DNA from: Candidatus Parcubacteria bacterium
GTDB taxonomy: Bacteria > Patescibacteriota > Patescibacteriia > Patescibacteriales > UBA12075
Reading direction: 5' to 3'
Assembly: GCA_002869165.1 (NCBI GenBank)
Contig: PKTK01000001.1
Span: 251,362-315,361 of the forward strand
Length of the DNA stretch: 64,000 nucleotides
Numbering within the stretch: the first letter of the stretch is position 1; each line of letters opens with the position of its first letter. The notes under the pieces were generated by a model. It did no database searches. It was not told the origin of the DNA and saw nothing but the letters and a program-made list of their open reading frames with translations. The position numbers and the translations under genes were made by a program. This document shows, one piece after another, positions 56,932-64,000 of this stretch.

Positions 56932-58596
56932 ATGGCAAATAAAAAAACAAGCAGCAAAGCCACGAAATATATTTTTGTGGTCGGAGGAGTTATGTCTGGT
57001 GTTGGTAAGGGGGTGACAACCGCATCAATTGGCAGAATACTTCAATCAAAAGGCTTCAATGTAAGCGCAATCAAAGTGGATCCATATATTAATGTGGATG
57101 CTGGAACCATGAATCCAGTTGAACATGGTGAGGTTTTTGTAACAGAGGACGGTGATGAGACTGATCAAGATATCGGAAATTATGAAAGGTTCTTAAACAA
57201 GAATATATATAGAGAAAATTACATGACTACTGGTAGAGTATATCAGACCGTGATCGAAAAAGAAAGAAATCTAGAGTATAAAGGTAAATGTGTGGAGGTG
57301 GTACCTCATATTCCGATGGAAATTCGTGACAGAATATATAAAGCTGTGGAAAAGACTAAGGCCGAAATTATGATTATTGAGATTGGTGGAACAGTTGGCG
57401 AATATCAAAATTTACTTTTCTTGGAAGCTGCTAGAATGATGAAACTCTATAATCCAAAAGATGTTGCATTTGTAATGGTGACTTATTTACCAATTCCAAA
57501 CAAAATTGGAGAAATGAAAACCAAGCCAACTCAGTACGCAATTAGAACTTTAAATGGTGCTGGTATTCAACCAGATTTTGTTGTTGCAAGATCCAGGGTA
57601 TCAATTGATGAACCACGTAGAAAAAAAATTGCCATAAATTGTAATATCGATCAAGAAGCAGTAATATCAGCTCCTGATATTGATTCGATTTATGATGTAC
57701 CAATTAATTTTGAAAAAAATGAGTTAGGAGCCAGAATTTTGAAACAATTTGGACTTAGGGCAAGAAAGAAAGATTTAGTGGATTGGAGAAAAATGATATC
57801 CAAAGTAAAGAGAGCAAAAAAAGAAGTAAATATTGGAATAGTTGGTAAGTATTTTACTACCGGAGATTTTTGTTTGTCAGATTCCTACATTTCAGTGATC
57901 GAAGCATTGAAACATGGGTGTATGGTCAATGGAGCAGTACCAAAACTTCATTGGATAAATACTGAAGATATTGAAAAGGAAGGGACTAAATCTCTCAAAC
58001 AATATGATGGTATAATAGTCCCTCAAGGCTGGGGTTCCAGAGGTTCAGAAGGGAAGATTGAGACGATAAAATATTGTCGAGAAAAAGGTTTGCCGTATTT
58101 TGGTCTTTGCTACGGAATGCAAATGGCCGCTATAGAATTTGCGAGAAATGTATGTGGCTATAAAGATGCTAATTCTGAGGAGGTAGCTCCAAAAACAACT
58201 AATCCGATTATTCATATTATGCCGGAGCAAAAAGAGCTTTTGGCCAAAAAGCAATATGGCGGAACTATTCGACTAGGTGGCTGGCCATGCAAGATTAAAA
58301 AGGGAACTCATTTGGCCAAAGCTTATGAAAAGAAATTTGGTAACAAAATAACTGTATCTGAAAGACATAGACATAGATATGAATTTAATTCTGCATACCG
58401 AAAAGAATTCGAAGAAAAGGGGATGACCATAGCTGGAACTTCACCTGATAATAAAATCGTGGAGGCAATTGAAATTACTGATCACCCATTTTTTATAGGA
58501 ACTCAGTTTCATCCTGAATATATTTCCAGACCACTTGATCCACATCCATTATTTGTAGAGTTTGTAAAAGTCTGCCTTTCTTTAAAGAAAAAGTAA
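56932..58596 (+). CDS. pyrG: CTP synthase
   Basis: 554 aa; YIFVVGGVMSGVGKG N-terminal synthase motif; C-terminal GATase with GLCYGMQ catalytic Cys. Confidence 0.95.
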   Translation: MANKKTSSKATKYIFVVGGVMSGVGKGVTTASIGRILQSKGFNVSAIKVDPYINVDAGTMNPVEHGEVFVTEDGDETDQDIGNYERFLNKNIYRENYMTTGRVYQTVIEKERNLEYKGKCVEVVPHIPMEIRDRIYKAVEKTKAEIMIIEIGGTVGEYQNLLFLEAARMMKLYNPKDVAFVMVTYLPIPNKIGEMKTKPTQYAIRTLNGAGIQPDFVVARSRVSIDEPRRKKIAINCNIDQEAVISAPDIDSIYDVPINFEKNELGARILKQFGLRARKKDLVDWRKMISKVKRAKKEVNIGIVGKYFTTGDFCLSDSYISVIEALKHGCMVNGAVPKLHWINTEDIEKEGTKSLKQYDGIIVPQGWGSRGSEGKIETIKYCREKGLPYFGLCYGMQMAAIEFARNVCGYKDANSEEVAPKTTNPIIHIMPEQKELLAKKQYGGTIRLGGWPCKIKKGTHLAKAYEKKFGNKITVSERHRHRYEFNSAYRKEFEEKGMTIAGTSPDNKIVEAIEITDHPFFIGTQFHPEYISRPLDPHPLFVEFVKVCLSLKKK

Positions 58597-58637
58597 ATAT
58601 CTACTTGTTTTAGAGTTTATTCAAAAGGGGGAATTAA

Positions 58638-58922
58638 ATGAAAAGACGAGAAAATTGGTTTGCGGTAACGAGTTCAAAAAGTGAAGTAGTAATAGAATGG
58701 GACATGATAAATGGTCAGGTGAGAGCAAGAAAAAGAGAAGACGCTGCTTTTGTGATTACTGATGATGATAATTATGTAAGCAATATAAGAGATGCAGAAA
58801 ATAAAGGTCGTGAGATGATTACGATTTACAGAAAATCTCATCGAGGCAGGATTTCTATGGACTGTTTATGTAGCCGCAATGGTAAATTAACTCTAAAAAA
58901 TATCGATAAATTAGGCAGATAA
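58638..58922 (+). CDS. hypothetical protein
   Basis: 94-aa ORF, GGGGGAA RBS. Confidence 0.4.
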   Translation: MKRRENWFAVTSSKSEVVIEWDMINGQVRARKREDAAFVITDDDNYVSNIRDAENKGREMITIYRKSHRGRISMDCLCSRNGKLTLKNIDKLGR

Positions 58923-58924
58923 AA

Positions 58925-58998
58925 TATAAACCGCTACTTTTCCAAGTAGCGGTTTTTCTATTAAAAAAACCTTGAACATTTAAGTTCAAGGTTTTTTT
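58925..58998. terminator. two adjacent hairpin terminators (bidirectional) between a plus-strand hypothetical gene and rpmA
   Basis: AACCGCTACTTTTCCAAGTAGCGGTTTTT and AAAAAACCTTGAACATTTAAGTTCAAGGTTTTTTT. Confidence 0.6.
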
Positions 58999-59015
58999 CT
59001 TTTATCTAAAAGATT

Positions 59016-59297
59016 TTATTTTTTGGTAACAATGCTAACGAATTTTGTGTCTTTCAATTTGTTGTTGAATTTCATTATTTTCTTGGTAGAAAATTTTACA
59101 ATTCCTGGTACCTTTGCAAAAAGAGTATCATCACTGCCTTTCATAACATTTTCACCTGGGTGAACTTTTGTTCCTCTTTGTCTAACAATGATATTACCGG
59201 CTTTTGCTGTTTGTCCGTCTGAGAGCTTAAGCCCGAGACGCTGTCCTTTAGAATCTTTGAGATTTACCGCGGAACCTCCAGCTTTCTTATGTGCCAT
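59016..59297 (-). CDS. rpmA: 50S ribosomal protein L27
   Basis: Start set at internal Met giving [22 protein letters not shown] (classic L27 N-terminus); 93 aa. Confidence 0.9.
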   Translation of the reverse strand: MAHKKAGGSAVNLKDSKGQRLGLKLSDGQTAKAGNIIVRQRGTKVHPGENVMKGSDDTLFAKVPGIVKFSTKKIMKFNNKLKDTKFVSIVTKK

Positions 59298-59544
59298 ATG
59301 GATTATATGAATCTTGTGTAAACAAAAAAATGCGAATATACGCAAGATTCATGTATTTAGTAAAATATATATTTAATATTAGAAATATAACAAATAATAG
59401 AAATATTGTCAATATTTGACAACTAATTTTAAAAATGACATAAAAATAAAAAAAATGAGGCAAAAATCGAATTTTTATAAGGAAAAACAAAGGTTTGAAA
59501 AAAGATATTTTTGTGCTAAGATGTTTTAATTAAAATAAACGTGA

Positions 59545-60174
59545 ATGATTAAATATAGAATAAAAATAAATATTCCTGGTTGGTACACAAGCCGAGGAAT
59601 GGAAAATACCGCTACTAAGGCTATTAAAAAAACCAAATATACAGCCGATATTTATAGTGCGGTAGGGTGGTTTGAGGATAATATTTTTTCTTCACTTATG
59701 AGTGAATTGGACAAGGACAAAGTCCAAAAGAGAGTGAGGCTTTCTACGATCATGAATATCCACGACAAGAGCGGCCTCAAGGATAGATCAAAGATCAGTC
59801 GAATGCGAAAATCAATTGAAGATGGAAGACATACCTTGGCTAGATCAGGCATGCCCAATATTAAGATACTTAAATTATCCAGCAAGGAACTTTTTCTTTT
59901 TGATGGCCATCATTCACTACTAGCCTATATGTCGGCAGGTAAGCGGTATTTGCATCAGATTCCATATCTTATAATTGAGGAAAAAGATGAGCAAAAAATA
60001 CTAGATAATAATTTCCAAAGATTTTTTGGCGAGCATCTAAAATGGAAGCGAAGAGAGAAGTGGCAGAACTATACTATCAACTGGAACGCTAGAGGCAAAA
60101 AGAAATTGGAAGAAAGAAGACAAAGGAATATGGGTGAGTTGTTTGATGTTTTGGGGGAGAGAGGAATTGTCTAA
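59545..60174 (+). CDS. hypothetical protein, possible ParB/Srx-fold (DGHH motif)
   Basis: 209 aa; LFLFDGHHSLLAY resembles the DGxHR motif of ParB-like nuclease/sulfiredoxin fold proteins. Confidence 0.4.
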   Translation: MIKYRIKINIPGWYTSRGMENTATKAIKKTKYTADIYSAVGWFEDNIFSSLMSELDKDKVQKRVRLSTIMNIHDKSGLKDRSKISRMRKSIEDGRHTLARSGMPNIKILKLSSKELFLFDGHHSLLAYMSAGKRYLHQIPYLIIEEKDEQKILDNNFQRFFGEHLKWKRREKWQNYTINWNARGKKKLEERRQRNMGELFDVLGERGIV

Positions 60175-60280
60175 GTTAAAATTTATAAAAATAAAATCAG
60201 TTCTTTAAAATATAAAAGGAGAAAAAATGGACAGTTTTTTGATAGATAAATGCTTCTAAAAAATAAGCGAATGGTACCAT

Positions 60281-60844
60281 GTGCGATTAAATAATACTTG
60301 TTTTTCTTTAGCCGTGAAATGTTTTATTGTTTTTCTTGTTATTTTTTTACCAAGAGCTGTTAGTAATATATTTTTTAACGAGGTAACAAGCCTTGGTATT
60401 AGAATGGTATTATTGTTAATTGATTTAATTATTTTAACTTTAGTGTTTAAATGTATAAGCTTATGCAAGAAAAGTAATAAAGAATATTATAAAGCATCAG
60501 AAGTAGCAAGCTATAACAAACATAGAGAAGTCTGGAGACCTGTTAGATACATTTTTCTGGTAATATGTGTGTTAACTCTATATATAAGTATTGTCGCCAC
60601 AATAGCTATTGCTTTGGAGATTGATTCATTTCACTTATTATTTCTAAAGGTTAGTATTGCGGAAGGAACAACTCTGGATTTTTTTTACTTTTTTCTTCGA
60701 ACAATTATAATCATGCAAATATTAGGGCTTGTGAGTGGCTTTTATTTCATGGCCTGTATTCCCATTCCAGGGAAGAGACTCAGGGAAAGGCAAAAAGAAA
60801 GACAAGGTTTGAAAAGATTTATACCAGCCATAGAAAGATATTAG
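60281..60844 (+). CDS. hypothetical membrane protein
   Basis: 187 aa; four hydrophobic helices. Confidence 0.4.
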   Translation: MRLNNTCFSLAVKCFIVFLVIFLPRAVSNIFFNEVTSLGIRMVLLLIDLIILTLVFKCISLCKKSNKEYYKASEVASYNKHREVWRPVRYIFLVICVLTLYISIVATIAIALEIDSFHLLFLKVSIAEGTTLDFFYFFLRTIIIMQILGLVSGFYFMACIPIPGKRLRERQKERQGLKRFIPAIERY

Positions 60845-60922
60845 TAAAATATTTTATCTTGATTAATATATGAGGAGGAAGAGCAATGGTAAACAAATAT
60901 TGTAAACAGGTGTTACCTTGTT

Positions 60923-61165
60923 ATGAATTGTTTTTTTCACCCCCTAGCTATTGAATTAGACTCAAATACGCTTGAGTCAATTCAGTTTGCCTACATCAGT
61001 TCCAAATATGTACATCGAGGAATATTTCGTGATGATGGTGCTAGGTATTTTGATCACCCCAAGGTTGTGGCTTGGTTATGCAGATCAATTGGAAACAAAG
61101 ATAATCGAAGCAATATCTCAGTACAAATAACAAAAACAATTAAGCCGTTATTCAAAAAAGAATGA
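60923..61165 (+). CDS. hypothetical protein
   Basis: 80-aa ORF; weak. Confidence 0.25.
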   Translation: MNCFFHPLAIELDSNTLESIQFAYISSKYVHRGIFRDDGARYFDHPKVVAWLCRSIGNKDNRSNISVQITKTIKPLFKKE

Positions 61166-61266
61166 CGGTTTTTTAATGAAAATTTTAAATATTGACAGAA
61201 TTATAGAAAAATGTTAATATCAAATATTCTTTTTCAAAATAGAAAAAACATAAGAAGAGGTTGTAG

Positions 61267-61536
61267 ATGAGCGAAAAAGAGGAAAGAATTGAATTTCTAA
61301 AAAAAGAAATTCTAAAGTGTCTTAAAAAACTTCAAGAAGAGGGTTATATCAAAAGAAACAAACCTCTTCAGAGGTATTGCCTGAAGTGTGAAAAAGAACT
61401 GGACGCTCTACTAGAGAATCAAAACCAGAAAACACAACCAGGAAGCCATGAAAAAAAACAGGCTAAAAAAGTGATTATTGTTTTCGCTGTCGTAGAAAAA
61501 ATGGGGGAGATTTGCAAAAAATTGGCTGTAGCATAG
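61267..61536 (+). CDS. hypothetical protein
   Basis: 89 aa; AAGAGG RBS; followed by terminator AACCCGC...GCGGGTT and T-run at 61548-61585. Confidence 0.4.
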   Translation: MSEKEERIEFLKKEILKCLKKLQEEGYIKRNKPLQRYCLKCEKELDALLENQNQKTQPGSHEKKQAKKVIIVFAVVEKMGEICKKLAVA

Positions 61537-61766
61537 CTAGCAGACCCTCTTAAAAACCCGCAAAAAAAAGGCGGGTTTTTTATTTTATACCAGACAAATA
61601 TTTGACAAAAATAAGTAAATATGTTAAAAAGATTTGTCTTATAAAGGGCTATGGTTAGTAGTTCTTTGGTTGATTGACAGTTGGTCAAAATCAACTACAT
61701 GATAAGGCGTGAACCTTAAAACGTGGCAGTAAGTCACAAAAATGCTGGTTATCAGCTAAAAAGGAG

Positions 61767-62399
61767 ATGAGCATGAAAAACAAAACGAGCCTGGATCTTG
61801 AAATGATCAAAACCGAGAAGTCAAAGGATGGGAAAATGTTGAAAGTGTGGATAGGTGATAATAACGTAGCCTATAACATTTTAGTAATTGGCTCAACTGT
61901 TCCATTGACAGTAACTACGGATGTGCATGTAAAGGAATTTCATCTTTTGCCATTTGAGCAGGAGCGTGGTTTGATAATTCTGTGGGCTAATGATACTCCT
62001 GTAGGAAAGATGGCGATAGTCTATGTAAGCATGAAAGATGCTTGCCCGTATCTTCATAAAATGAACAAAGATGATATGAAATGGTTTCCGAGCCTTCGGT
62101 ATCCCACTCAGTTTGTTGGCCAAGACCTCGAGGTTTTAATCGACGGTGATCGTTTTAGCACAAAAATAAATTCTTCGTGTTTCAGTGTTGATGGTGATAT
62201 GTTGGCACGATATCTCAATGAAGAGATCAGTGCCAATGATGTCAGGTTGAAAGCGCTCGGTAGCAACCTGCCGGGATTCGCTAGCAGGAGGAAGCTTGAG
62301 TATTCTTTTGAATTAAAACCAAAAAGAGTTTACTTTTTTGCTCCGCACAGAAGTGATAAAGCTAAGAGTATGTTGGTAGTAGGAGCAATTGCTCACTGA
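61767..62399 (+). CDS. hypothetical protein (GC-elevated)
   Basis: 210 aa; AAGGAGA RBS; composition visibly GC-richer than the genome background. Confidence 0.5.
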   Translation: MSMKNKTSLDLEMIKTEKSKDGKMLKVWIGDNNVAYNILVIGSTVPLTVTTDVHVKEFHLLPFEQERGLIILWANDTPVGKMAIVYVSMKDACPYLHKMNKDDMKWFPSLRYPTQFVGQDLEVLIDGDRFSTKINSSCFSVDGDMLARYLNEEISANDVRLKALGSNLPGFASRRKLEYSFELKPKRVYFFAPHRSDKAKSMLVVGAIAH

Positions 62400-62639
62400 A
62401 GAAGTATCAATATTATATTCCGCCGACGCGCAGACGTTCCGAAATTTAGAAAATTGTGCAAAAGTAGGAATATGGTTAGCTTGACAGTTCACCCTGAAAA
62501 CCGCGGGAGGATATTTAGAGATGGCTATAAATCTGGCACTTTCAGTTTTGGTAAGTCACAAGAGATGAGGGTGTATCTCGTCGACCATCACATCATAGAC
62601 TTATTGAAAGCCAATCTATATTAGGATGGAGGAAAAGAT

Positions 62640-63062
62640 ATGCCGAATGAACATGGTCAAGTATTGCCGAGCGATTATATCGCTACCGTAGGTTTTATAC
62701 GTGTGATAGCGGAGTCTATGGATGACGGTGAAATACAGATTGCCGGAGATTTTGTGAATTTTGAGTGGTTCAAGAGATTCATGGAAAATATGGCCTGGAA
62801 TGATGAATGGGTGTTTATAGTCTGTGGTCCTGAGGGGATGATTTCTAAGCTCGGGGAAGCTGAGAATGTTACCCTGGGTGAAGTTAGGAATGAAAAGGAC
62901 AAGTACTGGGCCCCAGCTGGAACCCTCCACGTATTAGCCGGAGAAAAAGACGAAAGTATCGCGCTTTTCTATCATCCCACCTGGCTGGAACGTTTCAGAA
63001 GAACCCTCAAAGCAGATGATGAAAAAATCACTGGCTATGACGAGGATACCGCTCCATGGTAA
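62640..63062 (+). CDS. hypothetical protein (GC-elevated)
   Basis: 140 aa; GGATGGAGG RBS. Confidence 0.5.
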   Translation: MPNEHGQVLPSDYIATVGFIRVIAESMDDGEIQIAGDFVNFEWFKRFMENMAWNDEWVFIVCGPEGMISKLGEAENVTLGEVRNEKDKYWAPAGTLHVLAGEKDESIALFYHPTWLERFRRTLKADDEKITGYDEDTAPW

Positions 63063-63214
63063 ATAAATTTTAAACAATCAAACGACCCGAGTTCAGATGA
63101 GCTTGGGTTTTTTATTATTTAATACAAATAATTGACTAATAAAGTATTAAGATGTAAGATAAAGGCGAAAATTTATTGAAAAAATATGAAAAATATTGTT
63201 CAATTTACTCAAAT

Positions 63215-63255
63215 AACAAACGCTTAACAGACCGCCTAATTTTGGGCGGTTTTTT
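63215..63255 (+). terminator. rho-independent terminator
   Basis: ACCGCCTAATTTTGGGCGGT hairpin followed by a T-run. Confidence 0.55.
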
Positions 63256-63276
63256 GATTCGTCTATAAATGACAAT

Positions 63277-64000
63277 ATGTCTAAGAAAATATTTATACAT
63301 GATGATATTTTTCCGCAAATAAAATCAGATAAAGAATATGAGGGTTACAAAAATAATCATCCTAATTTTGACCCAGAATATATTTTACAACACTGCTATA
63401 TTCACAGAAAGGAAACCAGGATATGGCTTGAATCCATTTGGGAAAAATATGAAAAATTTGCAGAACCAGACCTGATAAAGCACATAAGAGAACCCGGATT
63501 ATTTCATTCTTTTAGTTGGCAATTATATTTAGCATCATTAATTTTTGAAAAAAATCATAAAATACAACCTAACAATGGCATCGGTCCAGATTTACAGATA
63601 GAATACAAGGGAAAAAACTTGTGGATTGAAGCAGTTGTTACAACACCAGGAAATGATAAAAATGCAGCAGGTATTCCAAATAGCTGTGGTATTTATGAAA
63701 GTTTAAACCCTAGAGTTGCCAGAATTACCAATGCCTTAACAACAAAATATGATATATACAAAAGAAGATATCTTGGTAGTATTTGTAAGGAAGATGAACC
63801 CTTTATTATTGCTGTGAATGGTAGCGAAACGAACAGTTTAAATCCTAGTAGGGCTGCAGAAGCTACTGTGTTTGCTAGAGGAAATGATCAAATAAAAAGA
63901 ATGCCAGATGGTAGCATGAAAGGAGGTTTTTATGAGCTAAGAGAGTTTATAATAATAAAAAAAGGAGAAAAAGAAGTTAAAATACCAACAAATTACTTTT
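63277..64000 (+). CDS. hypothetical protein, 3'-truncated by the window edge; possible PD-(D/E)xK-like motif
   Basis: Open frame from ATG 63277 to the end of the window; GPDLQIEYKGK resembles a PD...ExK nuclease core (weak). Confidence 0.4.
   Translation, partial: MSKKIFIHDDIFPQIKSDKEYEGYKNNHPNFDPEYILQHCYIHRKETRIWLESIWEKYEKFAEPDLIKHIREPGLFHSFSWQLYLASLIFEKNHKIQPNNGIGPDLQIEYKGKNLWIEAVVTTPGNDKNAAGIPNSCGIYESLNPRVARITNALTTKYDIYKRRYLGSICKEDEPFIIAVNGSETNSLNPSRAAEATVFARGNDQIKRMPDGSMKGGFYELREFIIIKKGEKEVKIPTNYF

Noticed and set aside
59287-59490. 67-aa minus-strand ORF, and the extended 109-aa form of rpmA
   Set aside because: The region is the AT-rich rpmA promoter/leader. The L27 N-terminus MAHKKAGGS fixes the true start at 59297, so the upstream extension and the extra ORF are spurious.
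1-64000. rRNA genes, group I/II introns, CRISPR-cas loci
   Set aside because: No rRNA-like conserved stretches, no long direct-repeat/unique-spacer arrays and no cas-like ORFs (RuvC/HNH/HD-helicase signatures) were seen on either strand.

Overview
AT-rich (about one-third GC by eye) bacterial chromosomal segment using the standard genetic code: TGA, TAG and TAA all end recognisable genes. Small proteins, many hypothetical membrane and secreted proteins, and a surface-glycosylation-heavy gene content suggest a CPR/Patescibacteria-like organism, but that is inference. Housekeeping genes: cysS, dus, corA, a CDP-alcohol phosphatidyltransferase, dnaX, a patatin-like lipase, tRNA-Gln(CUG), typA/bipA, murA, a C-terminal processing protease, pyrG and rpmA. 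A large cell-envelope glycosylation supercluster spans 44.7-52.6 kb (rfbB, an rfbA-like gene, galU, four GT2 genes, two HD-domain genes). An earlier block at 4.7-10.8 kb holds two membrane proteins, the second GT-C-like, and a GT4. The most unusual region is an accessory island anchored at the 3' end of tRNA-Gln (21.1-29.5 kb). It carries serial copies of the tRNA 3' terminus, TIR-flanked miniature repeat units, a radical-SAM/SPASM maturase with an adjacent Cys-rich precursor peptide (a RiPP cassette), two HExxH proteins, a minimal nucleotidyltransferase, a promoter-terminator-delimited orphan transcript and a thrice-repeated 26-nt motif. Other notable items: a GIY-YIG nuclease gene sitting inside a TIR/hairpin repeat and carrying an in-frame TAA at a conserved Gln codon, with a related hairpin repeat 48 kb away; a giant membrane-anchored protein (DUF4012-like, tentative) followed by a VirD4/TraG-like ATPase; and a compositionally GC-richer block of hypothetical genes at the window end. 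No rRNA genes and no CRISPR arrays are present.
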